From: a virus
Lineage: Duplodnaviria; Caudoviricetes
Strand: one strand, 5' to 3'
DNA: 44,941 nucleotides
IMG/VR virus record: IMGVR_UViG_3300032233_000422
Span: 1-44,941 of that record
In this document: positions 18,869-28,300 of the stretch, piece after piece
Layout: each line of letters starts with the position of its first letter
Position numbering within the stretch: position 1 is the stretch's first letter
Notes under the pieces: generated by a model
What the model saw: only the letters and a program-made list of their open reading frames with translations
The model's database searches: none
Told to the model about the DNA's origin: nothing
Made by a program: the position numbers and the translations under genes

Positions 18869-18889
18869 ATCTAAACTTTTAAAGTGATG

Positions 18890-19423
18890 TTACCAGTTTA
18901 CCGTAAATGCTGGATTTTTTGGTCGTCCTACAGTATAACCACAGCAATCAACATCAAAATAATTTTTCATAACCATCTGCATGTCATTTAGCGTTTGGGT
19001 ATTGTCAATTACCTGATTTAGTTTGGTCAATGTATCAGCAGGATTTTTCATTCCGTCTGTGTTAAGTTTATTTTTAGCTTCTATTTTTAATACTGTTCCT
19101 AGGAAATTCTTTGCTAGAGTTTTATCCGTGTCGGTTAAGAAATATGTTTCTTTATAGTACCCTTGATTTCCGCCACTACTTGGTAGGATAATTTCTGCAT
19201 AAGAATCTACTTTTGATTTTAAAACAGTTATTTCGCCATTAACAGAAGTCACTAAGATCCATACCTTAGCAACAGCCTCTGAAACTTCCATTCCTTTAAG
19301 CCAATCAACGTGTGTTCCTGGAGCAACTTCAGCTACTGTATAGTGCCAAAATGTGCCAAAGTCTCTAATGCCAGATGATCTTCTTGGATCGTTACTGGCT
19401 ATCGTTTCGTAAATTATATACAT
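18890..19423 (-). CDS. Hypothetical protein
   Basis: AGGAG before ATG 19423 (MYIIYE); overlaps upstream gene. Confidence 0.7.
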   Translation of the reverse strand: MYIIYETIASNDPRRSSGIRDFGTFWHYTVAEVAPGTHVDWLKGMEVSEAVAKVWILVTSVNGEITVLKSKVDSYAEIILPSSGGNQGYYKETYFLTDTDKTLAKNFLGTVLKIEAKNKLNTDGMKNPADTLTKLNQVIDNTQTLNDMQMVMKNYFDVDCCGYTVGRPKNPAFTVNW

Positions 19424-20243
19424 CAAAAATCTCCTTTTGATTATCAGCAACTGATAATGTTTGTGTAGCAGGTTCTTCTTTAGGGGTAGTCAAAGAATTC
19501 ATGTCCATACCCAGTGACGATCTTACTGCATCATCTGCACTAACCTGTAGTTGTTGTTGGTAGCTTTGCAATTTGGTAGCAAAATTCACAGTCAGTGCCA
19601 TAGTCTCTGCTTGCTGTTCTGGATTCAACATCAAGATAGCATCCATGTTTCCGCTGTTGATTCTGCCATAGAAAATCATATCGCAGGCCGCTTGCTTGGC
19701 CAATCTATTAGTCCAATACTGGGCTTCATAGACATCCTCTTCTGAGGTATTAATAACATCCATATAGGTTCTTCCTGAACCGTCTGGAAGTTTAGCTTCT
19801 TCGGAAGCCATAAATTCGTTGCAAAGATCAATTAGGTGTTGTCTTTCTAGATACCAGTCTTGTATTCGACGTTTGCTAGTATAGCTTAAACGTTGTCTAT
19901 TCCATAGTTCAATTTCTGCTAGTTTTCTATCTAGGTCATCGTTAGCTTCGTCACGTAGTCTTTGAAATCTTTCACACTCAACTTCGTGTTTAGCAATTTC
20001 ATATTCCATGTTTTCAATGGCTTCTTCTTTGGCTTTGATTTCCAGTAGCCATTGGCGGAATTTAGCAAACGGAGTAATCTGTGCTTGCCCAACAAACCAC
20101 CTTAATTTAAATTTTGGGTTGGTCCATTCTTTGTTTAGTGCAAGTTTAACTAGGCTCTGTTCTTGCTCTGAAAGCATAGAAACGTCTGTGTTAATTTCAC
20201 TGTTATATCTTTCAGAGTGGTACTGAATTCTGCGATCGGTCAT
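19392..20243 (-). CDS. Hypothetical coiled-coil protein (possible fibre assembly factor)
   Basis: E/R/K-rich heptad region; AAGGAG RBS; function is inference from position. Confidence 0.7.
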   Translation of the reverse strand: MTDRRIQYHSERYNSEINTDVSMLSEQEQSLVKLALNKEWTNPKFKLRWFVGQAQITPFAKFRQWLLEIKAKEEAIENMEYEIAKHEVECERFQRLRDEANDDLDRKLAEIELWNRQRLSYTSKRRIQDWYLERQHLIDLCNEFMASEEAKLPDGSGRTYMDVINTSEEDVYEAQYWTNRLAKQAACDMIFYGRINSGNMDAILMLNPEQQAETMALTVNFATKLQSYQQQLQVSADDAVRSSLGMDMNSLTTPKEEPATQTLSVADNQKEIFDVYNLRNDSQ

Positions 20244-20264
20244 TGTATCTCCTTAATCTACGGA

Positions 20265-20272
20265 TATTTATA
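20265..20272 (-). promoter_or_regulatory. Exact T4 late promoter consensus TATAAATA
   Basis: Minus strand TATAAATA upstream of AAGGAG and ATG 20243. Confidence 0.75.
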
Positions 20273-20275
20273 AGA

Positions 20276-21313
20276 TTAAGGCCTCCAGCTCATTGTTCCT
20301 GAACTGTTACCACTTTTGCCCTTTGGTTCCATTGAGCTTGACCCAACAAATCCGCCCCAAGTTGCAAATTGAACTTTGTAGGTTGTATTAACGTGACTTC
20401 CGTTGTAAAAACCTTGGCAATATCCCCAATCTCTTGCGCTGACCATATTCTCTTCACCGCTATATGCAGGTTTTCCACCGATCGCATTATAGCTGGCATT
20501 GTTTTGATAGTTAGTGATACGCCAGTTGGTACTCGGATTACCTTCGCGGCCTGCAATGGTTGTTGCCTGTCTAGTCTGTATATTATGTTGATATGGGTCT
20601 CCAGCTAATGCTGTACTAGCACCACGATCATAAACAGTTCTTGACGCAAAGTTAAAGATCTTTTCAGTGCCGCCATAGAAAATACCAAAGTTTTCAGTCC
20701 ATGCACCCCACTGATTGTTACCGCCTGTTCCATAGGTAGTTCCTAGTGTTTCGGTAGTAAGGTTGAATTCATAGATGGCTGCACCTAGATAGCTATAAGG
20801 ACTGAGATAAGAAAAATAATGTTCTTTCTGGATTGTTCCAGTATTAAGCGTATTACCTGGCATGTTACGAGTATAGCCGCTGGTGATCGACTGTTCGGTA
20901 ACCATGTCAAAACAAATGATATTACTAGCAGCTACACAGTGGCCACCACTTGCACCCCAGGTAAAGTTTCTGCGTAAATTAAATGCACTGCTTTGATAGT
21001 TGTGTCCAGCTTCTTGAATATCACCTAAGTTTACACTAGTGTCTGTACCAAATGTTAATCTATTGACATTGTTCCAAACCACTGAAGCAGCATATCCACC
21101 TAGTAGGTAACCTGCAACCTGAACATCTCTAGCCTGAAAGGGAATACCAAAATAAGTCCAACCGTTTTGTGTACCTGAGTTGTACCACTCAATTTTGTTT
21201 TGAGTAGGATTAAATCTCAGTTGTCCGTTGGTGTTACCGGTTTGACTGTTGTCTGCAGGAAGTTGCAAAAATCCTGTGCCGCTGATTGTGGTGTTGTTTG
21301 CTAGTATTGCCAT
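20276..21313 (-). CDS. Virion protein with Kelch-like beta-propeller
   Basis: About six blade-like repeats (GYLLGGY..NVNRL.F.TD, ICFDM.TE, YEFNL.TE, IFNF.SR, GYCQGFY); paralogue of 21314..23209. Confidence 0.6.
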   Translation of the reverse strand: MAILANNTTISGTGFLQLPADNSQTGNTNGQLRFNPTQNKIEWYNSGTQNGWTYFGIPFQARDVQVAGYLLGGYAASVVWNNVNRLTFGTDTSVNLGDIQEAGHNYQSSAFNLRRNFTWGASGGHCVAASNIICFDMVTEQSITSGYTRNMPGNTLNTGTIQKEHYFSYLSPYSYLGAAIYEFNLTTETLGTTYGTGGNNQWGAWTENFGIFYGGTEKIFNFASRTVYDRGASTALAGDPYQHNIQTRQATTIAGREGNPSTNWRITNYQNNASYNAIGGKPAYSGEENMVSARDWGYCQGFYNGSHVNTTYKVQFATWGGFVGSSSMEPKGKSGNSSGTMSWRP

Positions 21314-23209
21314 TTAATTTCTCCAGAAGCAGGTACCGGAACTTGATCCGGCATGCCCTTTTGGTTGCATATCTGCACCGCCACTATATCCTGTTTCTGT
21401 GGAATAATAGAATTTCCAAGCATTATTGTTTTGAGCTCCGTTATATTCACCTAGCAGGTATTGCCAATCTTGACCCATGGTAAAGTTTTCTTCCCCGTTA
21501 TTGGTAACTGGCTTAGCCACTGTGCCAGATGTTGTTCTTGTATACATATTGCTTCTACGTAGGTTGTAGCCGCCGTTGTAGCTGCCTTCGTTACCAGCAT
21601 AACAGTTGCTATATTTACTTTGAACTGATTTCTGTTGGTGGTAGGCACTTGGCTGTCCGCCAAATGTAGCCGTTGCAGTTCTCGCGGCAAAATGCCAAAT
21701 TCTAGAATCTTCTTCCCAATAGAATATTCCGTAGTTTTCGTGACTCATGCCCCATTGGTTGGTAGCACTCCAACCCCCAGAAGCACTAGTATGACTGGTA
21801 GCAACCATCATGTTAAATTCTTCAACCGCTGCTGCACCGCCTCCTGTGGTCCAAGCAAAGTAGTGTTCTTGGAAAATAGTTCCTGAATTGTTTCGGTTAT
21901 TGGCCATATTGATATTTCCAGGATTATAGGCCTGTTCAGTACGCATGTTGAAGCCTTGAACATAGTTACTGGCAATAGCATGACCGTTACCAGCGCCAAA
22001 TACCCAACCAATGTTTTGTCCGCAAGCACCGCTTTGATAGTTCATCGCTCTTGCAAGAGCACCGTCTCCTAGATTATATGTTACATCTGTTGCGGCCTGT
22101 ATTCTATTTACATTGTTCCATGCTACACCATCTTTGTATCCGCCAGACTGATAGCCTGTAGTGATAATAGTTCTGCTGTGGAATGGCACAGAAAGATTTG
22201 CCCAACGGCCTGTAGAATCATAATATTCAAGACCTCGTTGTGTGTTAAGTCTAACAGCACCTGGTTTTAATTCAGCGTTGATACCACCTGCTGTGGCATA
22301 ACGAACAATAACAACTCCGCTGCCGCCTGCACCACCATAGCTAGCTGATCCGCCACTGTAACCACCACCACCACCACCGCCGCCGGTGTTAGCACGAGCG
22401 TTTTGAAGAGCTGCTAATGTAGTTGACGGGCCGTTGCCATCCCCGCCACCACCCATACCACCAAAACCGGGTCGAGCGTCTGAACTGCTTCCGTGAATAC
22501 CGCCACCACCACCACCACCGTAGAATGTCAGTGTACCGGAAATATCATAGGCTAGTCCTGGGCCGCCGTCTCCTGATTTTCCGTTTGGTCCCCAAGCTCC
22601 TGTAGTAATTTCACCAGAACCCTGAATACGCCACGACCCGCCAGGCCCGCCAGCTCCACCGCCACCACCTGTTGGATAACCGTTAGGGCTATCGCCTCGG
22701 CCTTGGCCGCCTGGAAATCCCTGTCCTGGTGTACCCGCTGCGCCCGCATAACTATAACCGTTGCCACCACCGCTTGCACCTGATTGAGCTGGATATGAGC
22801 TCCAAGATCCACCATACCCGCCGCCTAAGGCAGTAATCGAACCAAATGCAGATTGGCCGCCGTTAGTAGCACGAGGCATACCACTATAACTGCCTGGGTT
22901 ATATTCGCCTGTTCCGCCGACACCCACTGTATAACTGATAGATTGTCCAGGTGTAACAGCATATCCTTCACGATAGACAACACCGCCTGCACCACCACCA
23001 CCACCTACCCAAGCACCACCACCACCACCGCCACCTACAACCAGTACATCCACACGATATACGTTGGCTGGAACTGTCCAGTTTGATGTGCCTGTTGAGG
23101 TAAATTGAACTACAGTATAGGCAGGAGCGGTAGGACGATCAGCAGTTCTTCCCACTGGAAGTTGTAAGTATCCTGTTCCGCTAATTGTCGTACTTTGTAA
23201 AATTGCCAT
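21314..23209 (-). CDS. Virion protein: glycine-rich domain plus Kelch-like propeller
   Basis: VLVVGGGGGGG...GGSGVVIVRY Gly-rich domain followed by a domain homologous to the 345-aa neighbour. Confidence 0.7.
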   Translation of the reverse strand: MAILQSTTISGTGYLQLPVGRTADRPTAPAYTVVQFTSTGTSNWTVPANVYRVDVLVVGGGGGGGAWVGGGGGAGGVVYREGYAVTPGQSISYTVGVGGTGEYNPGSYSGMPRATNGGQSAFGSITALGGGYGGSWSSYPAQSGASGGGNGYSYAGAAGTPGQGFPGGQGRGDSPNGYPTGGGGGAGGPGGSWRIQGSGEITTGAWGPNGKSGDGGPGLAYDISGTLTFYGGGGGGGIHGSSSDARPGFGGMGGGGDGNGPSTTLAALQNARANTGGGGGGGGYSGGSASYGGAGGSGVVIVRYATAGGINAELKPGAVRLNTQRGLEYYDSTGRWANLSVPFHSRTIITTGYQSGGYKDGVAWNNVNRIQAATDVTYNLGDGALARAMNYQSGACGQNIGWVFGAGNGHAIASNYVQGFNMRTEQAYNPGNINMANNRNNSGTIFQEHYFAWTTGGGAAAVEEFNMMVATSHTSASGGWSATNQWGMSHENYGIFYWEEDSRIWHFAARTATATFGGQPSAYHQQKSVQSKYSNCYAGNEGSYNGGYNLRRSNMYTRTTSGTVAKPVTNNGEENFTMGQDWQYLLGEYNGAQNNNAWKFYYSTETGYSGGADMQPKGHAGSSSGTCFWRN

Positions 23210-23220
23210 TTCTTAACCTC

Positions 23221-24033
23221 TTATAAGGGATATTCTGTAGATGAAGTAAAGTTTGCTAGGTATCTAGCTCTATTACTGATTTTAAATTTTCTAAATGTTC
23301 CGTTGGTATACTGTCCACCGGTGTGACTAGAACGACCAATGCGGCAAAGGTCGTGGCCGCCGGTGGTAATAGGATCAGCAAATCTCGATACACCTACACC
23401 GTTCATAGTGTCAGCTACCTGTGTGCCATTTTTAAATACCTTAATGTTTGCACCATAGCCGACTACAGCATGATGTACCCAAGAGTTGCTGGTAGTTGTA
23501 CCTAAATTAATTGAAGAACCTCTCCAATAGTTGTTGGTGCCATCACTGTCGTTTGCTCTGTACAATAGCCCTCGAGTATAGTGACAAAATTCCACCATAG
23601 TTTCTGCTGAGCTGCCCACACCACCGGTTTTATACAACCAGAATTCAATAGTCCAGAAAGGATTACCATCAAGGGTTCTAATAAAAGGTGACATAATATC
23701 AATATAAGCGTCACCTGTACCTGTTTGAAATCCTGCATAGCTGCTTTGTGTATAGTTTCTTGTTCCACCACTGACTGTGGCTACTACACTAGACACTGTA
23801 TCTGTGATATCACCGTCTGCTGTGCCAAACAAAGGAAGATAACATTTTGTATTTGCCACGGGATCTGCAGCATCTTCCCAAGAGTTGTTCATGAAAACTT
23901 CTACTCTTAGTAGCGTGGTGTTATATCGAATCATGCCTTCGGCTGGACTTGCTGGACGTTCAGCTGTGGTACCTGAAGGTAATGTCAGTGTATTAGTTGT
24001 TCCGCTAAAGGCTGTACTCTGTAACGTTGCCAT
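23221..24033 (-). CDS. LamG/concanavalin A-like lectin domain virion protein
   Basis: WTIEFWLY, W.H.AVV, IKVF.NG, IG, G....FKISNRARY..NF. Confidence 0.78.
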   Translation of the reverse strand: MATLQSTAFSGTTNTLTLPSGTTAERPASPAEGMIRYNTTLLRVEVFMNNSWEDAADPVANTKCYLPLFGTADGDITDTVSSVVATVSGGTRNYTQSSYAGFQTGTGDAYIDIMSPFIRTLDGNPFWTIEFWLYKTGGVGSSAETMVEFCHYTRGLLYRANDSDGTNNYWRGSSINLGTTTSNSWVHHAVVGYGANIKVFKNGTQVADTMNGVGVSRFADPITTGGHDLCRIGRSSHTGGQYTNGTFRKFKISNRARYLANFTSSTEYPL

Positions 24034-24036
24034 TTT

Positions 24037-24981
24037 TTATCCTAATTTTGCTTTCAATTCTTTGACTTGGTCATTTAGTGATTTAATTGCTTCAACTAAG
24101 TAGGCAGTTAGTTTAGTATACTGCACACCGTTAACTACACCGTTTTCATCTTTGCTGACTAGATTAGGTAATATTTCTTCTACATATTCAGCAATTAAAC
24201 CAGATTCGTTTTTCTTTTCGATGTCTGTTCTATCGTAGGTGTAACCTGTGAGTTTGATAATCTTGTCAAGTGCATCAACGATAGGATTTAAATTTTCTTT
24301 GTATACAATACTAGAAGTTTCTACCAAGCTGGCCACATACAATGTTCCAGCAATGCCTACACCACCACCAACACGCAGAGCACCGGTGGTTGTGCTTGAA
24401 CTTACTGTGGTTTCATCGATGTAGACCTGACCTTTAGTAGCATTTGATGTACTTCTTAGCACAAGGTTTGCGCCTGAACTGGCGCTACCTGTTAGAATAC
24501 CAAAAGTCATAGTACCTGTACTAGGCTGATAGGTTAATTTTGTACTAGATCCGTAGAGTGTAGTAGCTGTTCCGCTAACTGCACTCTGTAGTAAAGGGTA
24601 ATATGTACTAGCACTGGCAGTTTCATCGCCTAACGCTACGCTAATACTAACCCAACCTAGGTTGCCACTGGCATCAGTTTTTAAAACTTGATTGGCTGTA
24701 CCGTCTGCTGCTGGTAACACCCAAACTTTATTGGAAGTAACAGTAGCAGGACTTTTAAAACCAACCCAGTTAGAAGAGTCAGCATCGCCTAGTCGCATTT
24801 CGCCGGCAGCTGATCCGTCACCGTTTAATAAAAAGTTACTGGTAACCTTAACAACACCTGTTCCGTTAGGATCGATGGTAAGGTCAGTGTTGGTTTGTGT
24901 TGTTGAAATGATGTTGGAGCCAAGCGTTATCTTGCCGGCTCCAAACTGTCCACTCAATCCGTTGCGTACATTGCGTCCCAT
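24037..24981 (-). CDS. Tail-fibre protein with C-terminal intramolecular chaperone (peptidase S74-like)
   Basis: TSSIVYKEN..I..ALDKI..L.GY.Y, GLIAE.V..ILP.LV, V.Y.KL...LVEAIK.L plus terminal coiled coil. Confidence 0.85.
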   Translation of the reverse strand: MGRNVRNGLSGQFGAGKITLGSNIISTTQTNTDLTIDPNGTGVVKVTSNFLLNGDGSAAGEMRLGDADSSNWVGFKSPATVTSNKVWVLPAADGTANQVLKTDASGNLGWVSISVALGDETASASTYYPLLQSAVSGTATTLYGSSTKLTYQPSTGTMTFGILTGSASSGANLVLRSTSNATKGQVYIDETTVSSSTTTGALRVGGGVGIAGTLYVASLVETSSIVYKENLNPIVDALDKIIKLTGYTYDRTDIEKKNESGLIAEYVEEILPNLVSKDENGVVNGVQYTKLTAYLVEAIKSLNDQVKELKAKLG

Positions 24982-24997
24982 AGTTTACGTTTCCTTA

Positions 24998-25345
24998 TTA
25001 AGCCGTAGAAGTTTCAATACCCATTACTACGACACTTACACCTGTTACACTAGCACGAACCACTAGATATTTGCCGCCGACTAAACCGGTTTGTTGGTTA
25101 TCGTCCATGACAATACCTGTTCTTTCTAAAACACCGTTGGCTACAATTTCAGAATCATATTCTAAAAATTCGCTGTTACTGGGTGTTCCAGTTGCTGTTT
25201 GTAACGAAATTCTAACAGTTGCCGATGTTGAATTTCTATTACAAATAGAAAGTCCAACTACCGCAAATTTAGTAGTTGGGCAGGTGTAAACTGTTGTGTA
25301 TGTTGTTGCTGATAAGTCAGCAGCGCCTAATCTTCCTGTTGCCAT
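24998..25345 (-). CDS. Small beta-rich virion protein
   Basis: VYT.P...V...ICNR...LEYD..I..G.LERTGIV; GGAG RBS; TAAATA at 25367-25362. Confidence 0.7.
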   Translation of the reverse strand: MATGRLGAADLSATTYTTVYTCPTTKFAVVGLSICNRNSTSATVRISLQTATGTPSNSEFLEYDSEIVANGVLERTGIVMDDNQQTGLVGGKYLVVRASVTGVSVVVMGIETSTA

Positions 25346-25364
25346 TTTATAATCTCCAATGTAT

Positions 25365-28300
25365 TTAGTTTAAGAAGTAACTGATTGCAAGCGGGTAACC
25401 TGTAACTCCGCCTGTGAAATTAACCACTGATCCCATGATAATAGAACCACCAGCAATGTTGCTAATTGTATTTGTTCCAATTAGAATATCCCCTGCTGTA
25501 ACACTATTAACAATCAAACTTGCACCACCGCCACCAATTTGGCTGGCAATGTAGGCTTTAATTGCTCGTTGTGTAGGAATAACAGAGTCTGAGTTTTGTG
25601 TAAAGAAAGGATCTGTTGAGAATTCTGTAACCCTTGCACTTGAACCTCCCAGTGTCAAGTTACCCAAACTAATTTCTTGTAGTCCTGAAAGATTAAATGC
25701 ATCAGCATTTAACGTTGCAACACCAGTAGACTGTTCAATAGTAAACAGGTTACCAACACGGAAGTTACCGTCCTGATCAGTACTTGTAAAGAACACACGA
25801 CCACTGTTGCCTTCTACACATTCATTAGCCTGGATAGGAGACTGCGTTGGTGTGTTCGGATAGTTAGTTTCAGTGAAACTTCCAGTACCAATGTCTAAGA
25901 AATCGTGTCCTGTTAGTCGAACTTGGCTGTAACGAATTCTAGTTGTTACTGCTGTGCCGTCTGCTAGGCTGTCAAATACTTTTAGAGTTGGACTTATTTG
26001 GAAAAACGCAGTGTAAGAACCATCGTACTCTCCGCGGAAGCTAACAACACTAACAATCTTATAGGTGGTGTCCTTGCCAGCAAATACCAAGTTAGAGCCC
26101 GCAGCAGGTTTTGCACTGATTCTACGTACCGCAACATAAGCACCGTCTTGGAAGAAGTCAGCGTAGCCATCACCTTTATCTATTTCTGCACTAGCTGTAG
26201 CATAACCAGTTCCACGGTTCTTAATGCTTGGCATCGCCAATACACCGTCACCAATTCTAACAGTTGTAGGTGCTTCATAGATGTTGTTAGGATCTGTGAT
26301 AGTAATTGTTGGTGCGCTGGCATATCCAGAACCAGGTTCTAGAATTCTAATTGCTGTTATTTTTTCACTTGAAACAAATGCACGAGCTCTAGCTTTTGCT
26401 CCTGCGTAGGTGTAACTGGCCACTGTTCCAGTGCTGCCGCCGACTGCAACAAACTTACCAGCACGTTGTGGATTACCAAAAACTGCTGCTGAGAATCCGC
26501 TGGCTGCTGTACTCATAGTTCTTGAAGTCCAGTTAACGCCATCTTGAGATGTAGCTGCTGTAGTTGAATTTGTTACTGCTAGGAATACACCTTGACCGTA
26601 GCAGATATTTGTCCATGATGTGCTTGTTGGCAATGTGCCAGCATACCATACTTTACCTGTGATACTGTAAGCTGTGACTGTTCCAGAACTTGTTGAAAGG
26701 GCAACGAATCTTCCGTTACCATAAGCAATCTTGTTCCAACTACTAGAACTTGGCATTGCAATTTCAATCCAAGTAACACCATCAGTCGACCATGCTCCGA
26801 TTGTACTACCACTACGTGCTGCAACATATAGACCTAGACCGTAGGCAATACAGGTATATCCTGTACGTGCCAGCGTTCCTGTGCTATCCCAGTTTTCACC
26901 GTCGGAGCTAATTCTTACAGTGGTGCTATCGCTGGCTATGGCAACAAAGCGGCCCTCGCCAAAACAAACGTCAACCCATGTAGCACTGGTGTTCATGCTA
27001 GTGGCATTCCAAGTGATACCATCTGCTGACCAAGCGCCTGTGGTATTTGCTGATCCACCTGCAACTGCAACAAAGCGTGAGCTTGATTCTCCTGGTAACG
27101 AAGAACCGTCGTTGAAATAACCCCAAGTACCTGCTGACCAGCTTGCACCGCTAGGCATTAAATTGGTTCTGGTTGTCCATGTAATACCATCTTCGGATGT
27201 AGCACCAATCACACTACCGGATCTCATTGCTACAAATCGTCCACCTAGACCGTAACCGCTGGTATCAAACGCCTGTATAGCACCCAATGTGCTTACGCTG
27301 GTAATTGTTATTACAAGGTCGTTGGCTGGTGTTGTTCCACCTAGGCTAGTACCTAAGATAGTAATTGTTTCTAATCTTACATAACCTGTACCGGCTGTGT
27401 CAATGGTAATAGAAGCATATTTTGAACCGTTTCTGACTACTGTGAATCTAGCATTAACTCCAGATCCAGAATATGTACCTGTTAGACTTGAGTAACTTGC
27501 AGATGTATCACCGTATTCAACCACAGACCAAGTTCCGCTAGTTGGCAATGTTGATGCTGTAGACGAATATGAAGGTGCTGTAAATGAAACAGCAGGTTCA
27601 ATAATGTAAGAGCTTGAACTGTCTGGAGCAACTATAGGTGTTCCAGACACAAAGTGATCCCATCCTGCTGCTCCTGTTGATTCTGTAATAACATCTGCTA
27701 TTTTGGTACCTGAGTTGTAACTACTGATTAATGCGTAATTGCCTGTACCGTTACCGGCTGTGATAATAATCTTCATGCCAATATAGGCACTGCTTAGTTG
27801 ATCGTCAACAGCTGACAATGTAATAGATGTTGTAGTACCGTTTTGTGCAGTACCATTGTTATATAGATATCCTGATCCACCTTGATTGCCGTCAGCTTCG
27901 GGTGCTGCTGTACTATCGTCAACGTTGTCTATTAGTCGAACTTGGTATACTCCATCGTCACGGAATTCATCCTGTTCTATGTCTGCAAAGTTTCCTGGAC
28001 CAACAATCAACCATGTTGCTTCAGTGTATTCACTACCTGCGTGGTCAAATTCATATGTATAAATGGCGCTGCCGTCGGTGATTACGCTGCCAACAGTGGC
28101 CTTGTATTGGAATTTATTGTCAACAATAGCTGTTTTTTCAACTTCAGTAACATCATAGCCTTCTGCTACAGAACCAAAATCACCGTATGAGTTGTTGCCG
28201 TTAGTACCTCGAATACGGCCGCCTGCTTCTGACAAGTAGCCAATGTGTGAATAGTATGTGAACACCGAAACAAGTTCTGCTCTAGCATTGTTTGTAACCC

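Noticed and set aside
22361-23035. (CCA/CCG)n triplet runs as a microsatellite or phase-variation switch
   Set aside because: They are in-frame poly-Gly codons of the Gly-rich domain; slippage would not shift the frame
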